Source of the DNA: a virus
Taxonomy: Duplodnaviria; Caudoviricetes
Length of the DNA: 54,579 nt
Virus record (IMG/VR): IMGVR_UViG_3300047548_000110
Location: 1-54,579 of that record
Strand: one strand, 5' to 3'
In this document: piece by piece, positions 36,367-46,212 of the stretch
Layout of the letters: every line of letters starts with the position of its first letter
Position numbering within the stretch: position 1 is the stretch's first letter
Made by a program: the position numbers and the translations under genes
Notes under the pieces: model-generated
What the model was told of the DNA's origin: nothing
Seen by the model: the letters and a program-made list of their open reading frames with translations, nothing else
Databases searched by the model: none

Positions 36367-36686
36367 TACTGGATACCAGCTTGAATAACTGTCATCTGCA
36401 CGACACCAGTGCCGGTCACGACAACCTTGATCGCAGTCACAGGGAATGCGTAGTTGCCATCAGCATCGGCAATCGCAGCATTCAGCGTCGGGTGGTCGTA
36501 CCATGTCGCAGTCGCCGGATTAAAGTTGGGCGCAAAGACATCATCGAATGTGTGCTGGACAGTGTATGTCGGCGAACCACTGGTGATGTTGCAGCCAATA
36601 CCGACATTGAACGGACTGGTGTTTAAATTCATTACGCACAGGTCGCTAGAACCTGTGTTTGTACGAGTCACAACCATGCGTCTCAT
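36366..36686 (-). CDS. virion structural protein
   Basis: YTVQHTFDD...W..H...GNYAFPVTAI; GGAG RBS. Confidence 0.65.
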   Translation of the reverse strand: MRRMVVTRTNTGSSDLCVMNLNTSPFNVGIGCNITSGSPTYTVQHTFDDVFAPNFNPATATWYDHPTLNAAIADADGNYAFPVTAIKVVVTGTGVVQMTVIQAGIQ

Positions 36687-36698
36687 AATAGACTCCTG

Positions 36699-36725
36699 AA
36701 AAGAAGGGGAGCGAACTCCCCTCCC
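36699..36725 (-). terminator. intrinsic terminator
   Basis: GAGGGGAG-TTCG-CTCCCCTT-CTTTT. Confidence 0.65.
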
Positions 36726-36726
36726 A

Positions 36727-37182
36727 TTACTTCATTGCGTAAGTCACAGTGACTTGCCAGACACCCTGAGTCGTGAGGATCGTTCCGTTAGGATCAACCG
36801 TAGCAAAAACAGCAGTGTTATTGCCGACATCCGACATAGCAGTCAACTGAGCAGCCGTGAAAGACAGCGCAGTACGACCGGCGGCGAAGCAATCGGTGGC
36901 AGACAGGTACTGGGTTCCAGCCGCTGCGGTTCCAACAGTCACCGGAGCAGTGGTAGCAGTACCAGCACCAGCATCAGGCGCAGTCAGAGTATCAACAATG
37001 ATGTCGATAATCTGAGAATTTGCCGGGATGCTGATGGAGCCACTGACAGCCGCGCCACTGTTGCTAGTCAACGAGATCGTCTGAGAAAGAACAGCGTAAC
37101 CGCCATTTGTTTCCTCAGTCAAACCGCTGCCAGCAACAAGCGTCGAACCAAAATAGGTATGCGATAGGCTTGGCGTAGACAT
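36727..37182 (-). CDS. capsid-associated structural protein
   Basis: 151 aa, IPANSQIIDI, VGTAAAGTQY; follows the major capsid gene. Confidence 0.65.
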   Translation of the reverse strand: MSTPSLSHTYFGSTLVAGSGLTEETNGGYAVLSQTISLTSNSGAAVSGSISIPANSQIIDIIVDTLTAPDAGAGTATTAPVTVGTAAAGTQYLSATDCFAAGRTALSFTAAQLTAMSDVGNNTAVFATVDPNGTILTTQGVWQVTVTYAMK

Positions 37183-37194
37183 ATCCTTCTCCTT

Positions 37195-37225
37195 AAAAGA
37201 AGCCGAGGGCGGTTAAGCCCCCGGC
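37195..37225 (-). terminator. intrinsic terminator after major capsid gene
   Basis: GCCGGGGGC-TTAACC-GCCCTCGGC-TTCTTTT. Confidence 0.7.
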
Positions 37226-37232
37226 AGGTTGA

Positions 37233-38264
37233 TTAGATGCCCGCAGTACCGTAAACGGTACGAGGATCAGTCCAACCCGGAATGTAACGCTCAGTTGCCT
37301 TGTAACGCATCGAATCGGTCTCGAAATCACCTTCCATCGATTTCTCAAGCGCACGACGCATCATCAGTTGCAGACCGACCTTAGCGTCAGTCTTGATCCA
37401 CCAAGCAGTGGCCGAAGTCAGACGAGACAGGTTAGCTTGGCCGCCACCGAGCATACCCATCGACTTGACTGGGTTGATGTCGTTGTTGGCGTTGCCGGTA
37501 CGCAGAACAGACTTCAGCAGAACTTCTGCTTGGAAGACGTTCGACGGGCCGACAACCAGCTTCTCAGGAGTCAGACGAATACGCTTGCCGTTGTTGTCAA
37601 CAGCGTTGCGGATCTGAATCAGGATCTGCTCAAGCGAGGTCTGCGACAGGGCCGCAGGAGTGGTCAACTGGTTCGAGAACGAGCCAGAAGCGATTGGGTG
37701 GTTGGTGTTGACCAACGATACGCCATCACCACCAGCATACGCACCACCAGTGAACGAACGGTTCAGGATGTTCGCGCACAGGGTTTCCTTGGTCTCGATC
37801 AGCGACTGGGCCAAATGCTTGGCGTAAGTCTGGCCGATAGAGATGTGGTCACCGTCTTCTACGAGGACTTTGGTCAGAGCGAAAGCCAGACCATAGACCT
37901 TATAGACGTAACGTGCGTTGAACAGCACACCGCCCGATTGGTAAGTCACAGGCATACCGTCCGGCAGTTCTGGTGCAGCACCAAAACCGTACAGGACTGG
38001 TTCCTCGTGGTAGTTACGAGGAATACCCTGACGCTGAGTAAAGACCTGCTTCCATTCGTCTGCGCGTTGCTCGTAGATGCCATCGAACTCTTCGTTCAGG
38101 ATTGGCTCGACGATGCTACGGAAGTCGGTGGAACGCATTGGAACGGCACACATAACCAGACCTTGTTTGACCATGAAGCCAAACAGGGCATCGTGCAGCT
38201 TGTGACCTACGCTTTTGAAAAAGCCGCTAACCTTGGAAATTGCGGCAGAGATAAATTTATTCAT
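37233..38264 (-). CDS. major capsid protein
   Basis: PMRSTDFRSIVEPILNE, YGLAFALTKVLVED, DFETDSMRYKATERY..GWTDPR; position after scaffold; followed by a terminator. Confidence 0.85.
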   Translation of the reverse strand: MNKFISAAISKVSGFFKSVGHKLHDALFGFMVKQGLVMCAVPMRSTDFRSIVEPILNEEFDGIYEQRADEWKQVFTQRQGIPRNYHEEPVLYGFGAAPELPDGMPVTYQSGGVLFNARYVYKVYGLAFALTKVLVEDGDHISIGQTYAKHLAQSLIETKETLCANILNRSFTGGAYAGGDGVSLVNTNHPIASGSFSNQLTTPAALSQTSLEQILIQIRNAVDNNGKRIRLTPEKLVVGPSNVFQAEVLLKSVLRTGNANNDINPVKSMGMLGGGQANLSRLTSATAWWIKTDAKVGLQLMMRRALEKSMEGDFETDSMRYKATERYIPGWTDPRTVYGTAGI

Positions 38265-38275
38265 GTCCGCTCTCC

Positions 38276-38830
38276 TTAGTATGCAGCTTTATCAGCCACG
38301 TTCTGATGCTGAGAAATCTCAACTTGGCACACAACGTAGGTATCACCGAACGCATTGTCCGGGCCGGGGGTAATGCCAATCAGACGCATCTGGGCATTGG
38401 CAGCAGACGAGGCGGAATCCAGCACAGCTTGGCTCAGACCAGTGGTCAGCGAACCAGAAGTGATGTTACCGAAATCAAACTGCTCACCAATGTCGTCCAC
38501 GTTGATCGTGCCGTTAGACTGGATCTGATAGACGATGTATGGGTCAAGGGTGATATAGGCAGTGATGTTGCTGCCGATATTGCCGCCAACCCACTTGTTG
38601 GAGACGCGACGACGACCGTCAGAATCGGTGAACTCCACGCCCATGAAAGTGCCGACGAAAGCATCGCCAACACCAGCAGGAACGACTACACCAGCCGAAA
38701 TCTTCACAGGTTGATACTGGAGGATGTCAGTGCTGTAGTTGTCGGTCATCGTCATCGCCTGTGGGCGGACGAAACCACTAGAGTGATACACCGGCTGAAA
38801 GCCAAAAGGTGCATTGATAGTGTTCGACAT
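38276..38830 (-). CDS. head decoration/cement-like protein
   Basis: NAPFGFQP, GTFMGVEFTD, DPYIVYQIQ; directly upstream of the MCP. Confidence 0.65.
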   Translation of the reverse strand: MSNTINAPFGFQPVYHSSGFVRPQAMTMTDNYSTDILQYQPVKISAGVVVPAGVGDAFVGTFMGVEFTDSDGRRRVSNKWVGGNIGSNITAYITLDPYIVYQIQSNGTINVDDIGEQFDFGNITSGSLTTGLSQAVLDSASSAANAQMRLIGITPGPDNAFGDTYVVCQVEISQHQNVADKAAY

Positions 38831-38878
38831 AATATTTCCTTAAAAATATGTCTGTTCAAACCCTTGCACCCTGCAAAC

Positions 38879-39409
38879 TCAATCAGTAAAGACAGGGCGC
38901 TCAGGAACGTGGCGCAAGTCTGCCATACCATCACCCTCAATGAGTCTCCCACCGGCCCGCTCAGCCTGCTCTCGCAGACCTTCGGTCATTGCCACCAGCT
39001 TCTCATCCTCACGCGCTGGCGCGTTGAAGTGAGCTTCTTCCATGAACATCTGATATAGACGCATTGGAAGCTTGAAAGCCAGCATCTCGTTGACCCCGAT
39101 GAACCCCGCGTACTCGCCAGTCTTGATAGTGGCGTACTCCCAGCCGGGAACGTCTTCCGGCTTTACAGGCTCATATCCAAGACGTACACGAGCTTGAATC
39201 GTGTCGCGTGGGTTTGTTGTGGTCAACCAGCAAGTGTGATACCCCTGAATCTTTGGTAAGTCAGGCAAAGCGCTTTGAAAAAATTGCTGCCTAAACATCT
39301 CGACTCGATCATCGTCAGAGATCTCCCGGTTCTCAGTAACCTCACGATTCTGCGAGGCTCGCGATACGCGGGCAGGGTCTGCGATTTTCTTCAGTCTTTC
39401 GTCATTCAT
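38879..39409 (-). CDS. conserved head-module protein
   Basis: LPDLPKIQGYHTCWL...LGYEPV...IGVNEMLAFKLP. Confidence 0.65.
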   Translation of the reverse strand: MNDERLKKIADPARVSRASQNREVTENREISDDDRVEMFRQQFFQSALPDLPKIQGYHTCWLTTTNPRDTIQARVRLGYEPVKPEDVPGWEYATIKTGEYAGFIGVNEMLAFKLPMRLYQMFMEEAHFNAPAREDEKLVAMTEGLREQAERAGGRLIEGDGMADLRHVPERPVFTD

Positions 39410-39435
39410 TTCTCACTCCTTATCAGCGAGTTGCG

Positions 39436-40377
39436 TTATTTGTTGTTCCGATCCCATTCAGCGTATTGCTTGAGCATTCGCTGCCTACGAACCGGGTCGT
39501 CCCATGCGCCGGACTCAATCATTGCTGCCTTGCGCTCGGGTGAAATGTAAACTTCGTTGCGGCTAGAACTTGCTGCCCGCTCTTTACCTGATCCCATTCT
39601 TGGGCCGCCTTTGGATTGCTGGCGGCTGCCGGGAGCGAGATTGCGAGTCAGGGCTGTCAATTCATGCCAATATTCCAAGCTGTTTGGATTATAGCCATCA
39701 TTTATCAGTTCTTGGTCAATTTTCATAACTTCGCGCGACCGCTCATCCTTGCCGTTCGGATCGAACCAAGAATTCATCTTTGCCCAATCCTGCGCCAGAC
39801 GATGCCCGACTGGGTCGAGCAAGCCTTGCGGCTCAGGTTGCTGTTGCTGCTGCGGGCGCTGCTGCTTCATCTGCATCTGGGCAACAGTCAAGTCCCTTGC
39901 GCGCGCAACAGCCTCGTCTCGAATACGAATCGCCTTGGCCACATCGTCACCGTTACCGGCGCTGACAGCCTGAGCGATCACATACTCAGCGGCACGAACC
40001 TCTTCATTCGCCTCATTCAATCGGGCCTGCAATGCATGAGCATCGGAGGTTGCCGACCGGCGCTCGATGGCCTGCATACGCTGGGCCAGCATGGCGTTGT
40101 CGCGGCGCAATTGCTCCAGTTCAGCCTTATCACGCTCCATCGCTGCCTTGCGGCGCTGGGCGCGTTCGGCCTTTTCTTCGCGGCGGCGGCGGCGCAGGTC
40201 TTCGCGGTCTTCGTTGTCCGCATCCAGCCTCGCATCCTCGCCATCGTCTTCACCGTCGCGGTTTTCGTCCTCAGCCTTAGCTCCGGCCTTGTCATCTTCC
40301 TCAACGGCAACGTATTCTTGCCCTTTGGCTTCGTCCTCATCTTCTTCAATGAGGGTATCGTCCGTTCTTGTGTTCAT
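39436..40377 (-). CDS. capsid scaffolding protein
   Basis: Acidic N-terminus, long coiled coil, WAKMNSWF, between portal and capsid genes. Confidence 0.7.
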   Translation of the reverse strand: MNTRTDDTLIEEDEDEAKGQEYVAVEEDDKAGAKAEDENRDGEDDGEDARLDADNEDREDLRRRRREEKAERAQRRKAAMERDKAELEQLRRDNAMLAQRMQAIERRSATSDAHALQARLNEANEEVRAAEYVIAQAVSAGNGDDVAKAIRIRDEAVARARDLTVAQMQMKQQRPQQQQQPEPQGLLDPVGHRLAQDWAKMNSWFDPNGKDERSREVMKIDQELINDGYNPNSLEYWHELTALTRNLAPGSRQQSKGGPRMGSGKERAASSSRNEVYISPERKAAMIESGAWDDPVRRQRMLKQYAEWDRNNK

Positions 40378-40396
40378 TATCGACTCCTTTCAGCCG

Positions 40397-40816
40397 TTAG
40401 ATAAATGCTCGGATCTTCGTCGGATCGCCTTTGACCCGGCCAAGGATGTTCAGGTCATCGAACATCGCAAATTCAATCTCCTCGTCGCCCAGCTTGACCG
40501 TCCAGCGATCACCGCCGTACTTTGGGCTGCGGACGAAGTCGCCAACAGCGCACCATGCGCCCTCTGGCCATTGCTCCATCGTGTTCCGGTTGCGGTATGC
40601 CAGCACTCCGACCGCCACAACCTTTGCCACCTGCGTGTTGCTTGCTTCAGTCTTGCGAGCCTCTTCGGGGATATACAGCCCCGACTTGGTTTGCTGCTTT
40701 GCCCTGCGGATCTGGACAATCACTCGACTTCCCATCGGCTCAATCCCACAGTCAACATCTGGGAAAGCGTCCTCCAGCGAGTCATATTCCATTTCGATCG
40801 GGTTTTCTAATAGCAT
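40397..40816 (-). CDS. groES: GroES-like co-chaperonin
   Basis: EPMGSRVIVQ, TKSGLYIP, AKVVAVG, VGDFV..PKYGG, DDLNILG. Confidence 0.8.
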   Translation of the reverse strand: MLLENPIEMEYDSLEDAFPDVDCGIEPMGSRVIVQIRRAKQQTKSGLYIPEEARKTEASNTQVAKVVAVGVLAYRNRNTMEQWPEGAWCAVGDFVRSPKYGGDRWTVKLGDEEIEFAMFDDLNILGRVKGDPTKIRAFI

Positions 40817-40838
40817 TTTCGTTCTCCAATGCTGGTTG

Positions 40839-41039
40839 TTAAAGCCTTGCGTCCTTCTCGTCCTTGTCCCTGAGCATCTCGTCGATCTCTTGCAGGGCGC
40901 GGTCTAGTCCGGCGTAGTAGCCGACCCTCTGACCGTACAAATACTCAATATTCTGGTCTGGCGCAGGTGGATGCATCACCGCATACAGTGCTGCCTGCTG
41001 CTGCGCCGCCTTCAGTTTGCCAATCAGCTTATCAATCAC
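40839..41039 (-). CDS. hypothetical protein
   Basis: 66 aa, YGQRVGYYAGL. Confidence 0.6.
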   Translation of the reverse strand: MIDKLIGKLKAAQQQAALYAVMHPPAPDQNIEYLYGQRVGYYAGLDRALQEIDEMLRDKDEKDARL

Positions 41040-41206
41040 ATCCCACCTTTCGGGGTTTTAGCCTCGAAAGATTTCATGCGAGTAAGATTCTTAGCGTCGC
41101 CGCTGGGTTTTGCTGGCGTAGGGGCGGGATCCTTACCGCTGCCCTTAACGTCAGTCGGGTAGCCCTTGCCCATCGCCATTGCCTTGTGCAAATTCAGTGC
41201 TTCCAT
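41036..41206 (-). CDS. small basic hypothetical protein
   Basis: MEALNLHKAMAMG...; AAGGAG RBS after the portal stop. Confidence 0.55.
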   Translation of the reverse strand: MEALNLHKAMAMGKGYPTDVKGSGKDPAPTPAKPSGDAKNLTRMKSFEAKTPKGGM

Positions 41207-41216
41207 GCCGTTCTCC

Positions 41217-43721
41217 TTACGGGTTAGGGTTGATGCCAGTGCCGGTAGACACTGCAACTCGTTCACCAGACGCAATTTCGAGCGCAGCAAGACGCTTTGC
41301 CGTGTCATTGTCATCTGAATTCATCTTCATGCGGGCAGCGACCTCCATCTGAGCGCGCTGATCCTCACGATCCTCGCGCATTCTCGTCTCTTCGAGGCGG
41401 GCCTGCAACTTCTGGATCTCTGCTTGGATGTCTTGGGCGCTTTCTGCCTGCTTTGCCTGCAATTTCTGGGCCTCAAGCTGCATCTTCTGCTGATCTGCCG
41501 CTGCACGACGCTGAGTTTCTGCCACTGCCGCTTCCTTGGCAGGGTCTTGGACGGGCGGCTGGATCGATTGCAGGTACTGGATGCACTCTTCGACGATCTC
41601 CGGGATGGCCTTCATGACCTCGTTGGCCTCTTTCACGACAGATTGGCTTGCTGCGGCCAGCATCTTGTCGTATTCGCGGCGCTCTTCCTTCGACAGATCC
41701 TTGAACATCCCCGAAATATCCACGCCAGCGGCCTCAGATGTGACAGAAACTGCATGAGAAACATACCAAAGCACCATATGCTCGCGAATATGATCCAGCA
41801 AGATCGGCATTGCGGAAGGCGCTGCCAGTCGGCTATGGCCCAGCACAGGCGATTGGATGAAGTCGAGGTGGGCTTGCAGGTGTGCAAGATGATCCTGATC
41901 AGGGAACGCGGCAATCGGACGGGACATCGTCGCAGCCAAGTTCTCGTTGACCGCATTCATCTCCTGAACTTCTGGGCGCGGCAGCAGCAGGTTGTCCCCA
42001 TCAGGGATCTTCAGTTGCTTCAGGAATAGTTCCTCGACCTTGCGGGCATCATAAAGCTGCGGCTTGGCATCTGACCGCTGCATGACCGCCTGTACCTGAG
42101 CGAATCGCTGGGTCTCGGAGTAAATATTGGGGTCACTGACCGGGATAACGTCGAGCGGGCCTTCGAAGTCCTTACGATAGGCCAGCAGTTCGCCGGTCTC
42201 ATCCATGATCTCCTGCTCGTCCATGTACATCCGGTTGATCCGGTACAGGACACCCAGCAGGCGCTCCATTGCGTTATGGATTCGAGCGTGGATCGAGCTA
42301 AACACGACCATGCCCTGCTCCATGCGGGCGAGCGTCGTGCCGACCGGGACGTTGGCATTCGTGTCGGCCAGATCCTCAAACGTCGTGCGGACAACGCCTT
42401 TGGCCGAGTCAACGAGGAAGCCGAGCAGGGTGAACAGCACCTGACTTGGCGGGTTGAACGGCATCGGCATCATGACCTTACGGATGTCATCCTGACCGAA
42501 CGAGGCCTCGATCTCATGCACCTCGGTCGGGTCGATGCGGTCGGTCTGGCCACCAGCGCCGCCCTTCAACTTCAGCAGGCCGGGGAAGTTGTTGATGTGG
42601 CCAGCGTCGAGCAGCGCCCGCAGTGCGCCAGTGGCAGCAGCCGACAGGCCACCGATCATGTGGGTCAGGCCAATCGGGTACGCTCCACGCCAAGGCAGGA
42701 ACGGGAACTCGACCATCCAGACCATCTCTTCCTGATTCTCGTCTTCCTCTTCCCAGTTACGGTAGATCGCCAGAACCTGCTTGCTGGTCTTGTCGATGGT
42801 AATGATGTACGGGGACACTTCGCCATCGATCTCGTAGAAGCAGGCGACCTCAAAGATCGTCCGCAGCCCGTCAGGGTTGTATGAGCCGCCATCCCGCCCC
42901 TCGATCTTGTCGTTGGCTCGCTCAGCCTTAGACTGATCAGGAACCATCGAGGCCATTGCGAGGTCAACGTCACGGTACATACCGGAATTCACCCGGCGCT
43001 GGTACTCTAGCTTGGTAATGTATTGAACGTGGGTTTTGCGCTCGGCAGTGTAGAAGTTGGTTGCGGCGTAGGGCAGGTAGACATCATCGACGGAGACGAA
43101 GGTTGGGATAGGCTTCTTGCGCTTGGCATCCCATGTCAGCTTGATGTACTGGACACCACCGAGGGGCATCTGGGTCGCCATCTGCTCAAGCTCAGCCCGG
43201 AAGTCAGGCATTTGCTTGGTCATCTGCCAGTTCAGGAACTTGGTCAGGCGCTGAGCTTTATCGTACTTCTGCTTCGTCATCTTGCCGATGACCTTTTCCT
43301 TCGCTGGGCCACCGGGCGGGAAAATCTCCTTGATCACCCGGCTGGAGAAGTCCACGCAAGCCTCGGTCAGCATCGGATGCACGACCTTGCTTGCGCCAAC
43401 GAAATTAGCGCCGCCGGGAGCGTCATCTCCCAGACCAGTGCGGCGGATACCCTCTTCGTACTGCTCGTCGCGCTTCTTGCGTGACTCCTTGTCCTTCTCG
43501 ATCAGTTCAGACAGTTCTGATCCGATTATGGCCAGTTCAAACTCTGGCATCGTTTCCGCGAGGTTGGCAAAGAACTCCGTCTCACCCATTGGTGGCGTGT
43601 CATCGATCTTGACCATCGCTCCGCCATCAGGCATATCGATCACATCAGGATCTTCGTCAACCGGAAACATCTGACCCGCTGGGTCTTCTGCTTCATCATC
43701 TGGGTTCATTGGATCGGCCAT
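41217..43721 (-). CDS. portal protein (P22-like, long C-terminal coiled coil)
   Basis: 834 aa after terL; VHPMLTEACVDF, LRALLDAG, PVGTTLA, IPVSDPN. Confidence 0.85.
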   Translation of the reverse strand: MADPMNPDDEAEDPAGQMFPVDEDPDVIDMPDGGAMVKIDDTPPMGETEFFANLAETMPEFELAIIGSELSELIEKDKESRKKRDEQYEEGIRRTGLGDDAPGGANFVGASKVVHPMLTEACVDFSSRVIKEIFPPGGPAKEKVIGKMTKQKYDKAQRLTKFLNWQMTKQMPDFRAELEQMATQMPLGGVQYIKLTWDAKRKKPIPTFVSVDDVYLPYAATNFYTAERKTHVQYITKLEYQRRVNSGMYRDVDLAMASMVPDQSKAERANDKIEGRDGGSYNPDGLRTIFEVACFYEIDGEVSPYIITIDKTSKQVLAIYRNWEEEDENQEEMVWMVEFPFLPWRGAYPIGLTHMIGGLSAAATGALRALLDAGHINNFPGLLKLKGGAGGQTDRIDPTEVHEIEASFGQDDIRKVMMPMPFNPPSQVLFTLLGFLVDSAKGVVRTTFEDLADTNANVPVGTTLARMEQGMVVFSSIHARIHNAMERLLGVLYRINRMYMDEQEIMDETGELLAYRKDFEGPLDVIPVSDPNIYSETQRFAQVQAVMQRSDAKPQLYDARKVEELFLKQLKIPDGDNLLLPRPEVQEMNAVNENLAATMSRPIAAFPDQDHLAHLQAHLDFIQSPVLGHSRLAAPSAMPILLDHIREHMVLWYVSHAVSVTSEAAGVDISGMFKDLSKEERREYDKMLAAASQSVVKEANEVMKAIPEIVEECIQYLQSIQPPVQDPAKEAAVAETQRRAAADQQKMQLEAQKLQAKQAESAQDIQAEIQKLQARLEETRMREDREDQRAQMEVAARMKMNSDDNDTAKRLAALEIASGERVAVSTGTGINPNP

Positions 43722-43730
43722 AGCACTCTC

Positions 43731-45197
43731 TTAAATCGCGTAAGGGTTTGTGTACTGCTTGAGCTTCTTAGGTGTCGGATCCTTCTTCGGAACCGTCACA
43801 GCCAACATATTCTTGTCGCTCAGGAAGCGGATTGCCTGAGTTGCCGAATCCATCAGGTCATCGTGCTTGATGGACTTCTCTCCCGTGAAGCTGCAAAGCT
43901 GCGACACAAGCGGCTCCGCCCAAGTCTTTATCTGACCCGGGCGCTTCTCGGACTCTACCACCCAAACATACCCGTGTGCAAATATGTGCGACACCATGTG
44001 CAGTCGCGCAAGTTTGTCAGCCTTGCCGGGATTGTACGGGTAAGCGAGGATCTCTTCTCTGGCCAGCATCTGGCGCAACGAGATGCCCGATCCCTTGTCC
44101 TCGATCAGCAGCAGGTCAGGCTTGCGTCCGACCAGATAAGATGACTTCGGGCCGACCATCGGCTTGATGATGGGCTTCATGTCGCCCTGCCCGTACTGGA
44201 CGTTCATCTCCTGCTTCACGCGCGTGATCAGGTCTGGTAGCCCGAGGTGGTCTTCCCAGCAGTCGAGCAGGATGATGGCGGGCTTCTTGTCGTACTTGAA
44301 GTAGCCCCAGACTGAGCAGGCGCTCGGGTCAGGGTCACCCTTCTTGTCCACGGTCTTCTCGGTGAAGGCGGTGTCGAGCGACATAATGATGTGTTCGAAC
44401 TCGGGCAGCGGCTTGTCGGCAGGCCACATCTTGAACCAGCTACGCTTGATGATCCCGTCCTCTTCAGGGTTGATCACCTCGGCGTAAATCTCCTGCCTAC
44501 CAAGCTTTGTGCCTTCATATTGCAGGATCTGCTGCTTGAACTGGGGCGCGAGGTTGTCGAGGTTGGCGTAGGTCGAGGCGCGGGTGATCACGACATCCTT
44601 TCCTTCCCGCTTGATCAACTCCTTGACCAACTCCTTGGGCTTGGGCGTGGTCGAGGCGATCTGCCGGACGCGGTCGCCCAGTCGCATACCGAACTGAATC
44701 ATGTCCCAAGCTTCTTGCAGGTAGTCCCAAGCCGCAAGCTCGTCGAACCAGCCACCGTGGAACTGCGGGCCTCGGAACCGCTCAGGCTCGGATGCCGGGA
44801 TGCCCTTGATCATCGAGCCGTTGATCAGGTATAGCTCCTGCTTCTGGGACTTGTACTCTGCGATCAGTTCTGACGGGATCACGTTCAACAGGCCTGACTC
44901 GCCCTCAAAGCAGACGGACGATACGTCTGAGCTTGTCGGTGCAGCCACCAGCCAGCGAGTCTTCGGCTCCGACCATGCCCACCAACCAAGCTGCTCGGCT
45001 GCGGTGCGGGTCTTCCCGGCCCCCCGGCCTGCAAGCAGGAGCCAGATCGTCCACCACTCGTTCGGCGGCAGGATCTGATGCGCGTGAGCCTGAGCCAGCC
45101 ACTTCATGCGCCACATATAAGCAACCTGCTGGGAACGCGGCAGCATCGAGAACTTCTCGACGATTGCCGGGTCTTTCAGGATGCTCAGGTCGGTCAT
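43731..45197 (-). CDS. terL: terminase large subunit
   Basis: AGRGAGKT Walker A, RGPQFHGGWFDELAAW, TTTP-like STTPKP, SLDTA, HDDLMDS. Confidence 0.95.
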   Translation of the reverse strand: MTDLSILKDPAIVEKFSMLPRSQQVAYMWRMKWLAQAHAHQILPPNEWWTIWLLLAGRGAGKTRTAAEQLGWWAWSEPKTRWLVAAPTSSDVSSVCFEGESGLLNVIPSELIAEYKSQKQELYLINGSMIKGIPASEPERFRGPQFHGGWFDELAAWDYLQEAWDMIQFGMRLGDRVRQIASTTPKPKELVKELIKREGKDVVITRASTYANLDNLAPQFKQQILQYEGTKLGRQEIYAEVINPEEDGIIKRSWFKMWPADKPLPEFEHIIMSLDTAFTEKTVDKKGDPDPSACSVWGYFKYDKKPAIILLDCWEDHLGLPDLITRVKQEMNVQYGQGDMKPIIKPMVGPKSSYLVGRKPDLLLIEDKGSGISLRQMLAREEILAYPYNPGKADKLARLHMVSHIFAHGYVWVVESEKRPGQIKTWAEPLVSQLCSFTGEKSIKHDDLMDSATQAIRFLSDKNMLAVTVPKKDPTPKKLKQYTNPYAI

Positions 45198-45499
45198 CAG
45201 TAGCCCGGCTCGGTGTGCCAAGGGCGGTTGGCTTGGCGGCGGATAGCAGCGGGCGAACTGCTTAGGGATATGGTGTCATGGGCAGCGCGGAAAGTAGACA
45301 GGATTCGCTCGCGCTCTTCAGCCACGGCCCGCTCGACCATGTTGACGATGTGCGACTCCAGCAGGCCAATGACCTTCTGAGCGGTCTCGTCCACCGCAAC
45401 GTCTGGGTCAACCCAGATCCGGTCGCGCTCGATCCGCATGATCACCTTGCTGTCCGGCATCATATGGATGGCATTCGTGGTCATCTCATCAGTCATCAT
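45197..45499 (-). CDS. hypothetical protein
   Basis: 100 aa, coupled to the terL start. Confidence 0.55.
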   Translation of the reverse strand: MMTDEMTTNAIHMMPDSKVIMRIERDRIWVDPDVAVDETAQKVIGLLESHIVNMVERAVAEERERILSTFRAAHDTISLSSSPAAIRRQANRPWHTEPGY

Positions 45500-45704
45500 G
45501 CATCTCCAGTAGCCTCGCCTTCATGCGCTCAGCCAGCCACAGGACTGTGCCACCATCGGCATAGCTGCTGGCAAAGTATTCGTTGCCCTCAAGGTCATAG
45601 CCCATGATCACCACGCCTTCGAGCTTGCCCTTAGCGCCCTCAAGCACCCGGTCAGGCGGCAGGTCGAGGCGTGTGATGCCAGTGAACGGGATGACTTTAC
45701 TCAC
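45489..45704 (-). CDS. conserved hypothetical protein
   Basis: TRLDLPPDRVLE...EYFASSYADGG..LWLAER. Confidence 0.7.
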   Translation of the reverse strand: MSKVIPFTGITRLDLPPDRVLEGAKGKLEGVVIMGYDLEGNEYFASSYADGGTVLWLAERMKARLLEMHDD

Positions 45705-46021
45705 TTCAGTCCCCTTGCGAGGATAGCGTCTTGGATATTCAAAGCAGCACTCGCCTCGTGGTCAGAGCCGGAGTCAGCATAAGCCTCGCACACCTTCGCA
45801 CAGGCATCACGCTCAGCCTCTACAGCCTCACGGCGGGCTACACAGGCAGGCTTGTCGCACTGGTCACTACAGGTATGGATGTCATCCCACTTTACCCGCT
45901 CCCGCTCGTCGGCCAGCACCGCAGCCGTGTATCTCCGCAGGTCTTCCATCGTGCGGGAGTAGCCAGCAATGTCCCAGTCAGTCGCCTTGAGCCATAGTTC
46001 TTGGATCTTCTCGTCGGTCAT
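45701..46021 (-). CDS. hypothetical protein (AERxACAKVC family)
   Basis: IHTC...C...C and AERDACAKVCE motifs. Confidence 0.6.
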   Translation of the reverse strand: MTDEKIQELWLKATDWDIAGYSRTMEDLRRYTAAVLADERERVKWDDIHTCSDQCDKPACVARREAVEAERDACAKVCEAYADSGSDHEASAALNIQDAILARGLK

Positions 46022-46212
46022 GCTCTTCCTTCAAATGGGCTGTCCATCATCATGATCTGCTGGGCGGCCAACTGAGCCTGCTCATCATCCATCTGATCGA
46101 GGTTGATGATCTCGCCCTGAAGCGTCATCACCCACTTGAGCCGCCTGCCGTTGATCATGTGCTTGTCGCGGAACCACTCCACGAACTCCCGCTGGGTCAG
46201 CGGTGCGGTCAC
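46018..46212 (-). CDS. hypothetical protein
   Basis: 64 aa, overlapping both neighbours. Confidence 0.5.
   Translation of the reverse strand: MTAPLTQREFVEWFRDKHMINGRRLKWVMTLQGEIINLDQMDDEQAQLAAQQIMMMDSPFEGRA

Noticed and set aside
38140-38160. Lipobox at GLVMC in the capsid leader
   Set aside because: Does not match L-[AS]-[GA]-C and lacks an uninterrupted hydrophobic h-region, so it is not a standard lipoprotein signal
37368-39058. 303-aa and 250-aa plus-strand ORFs
   Set aside because: Antisense to capsid-module genes; explained by codon bias on the coding strand
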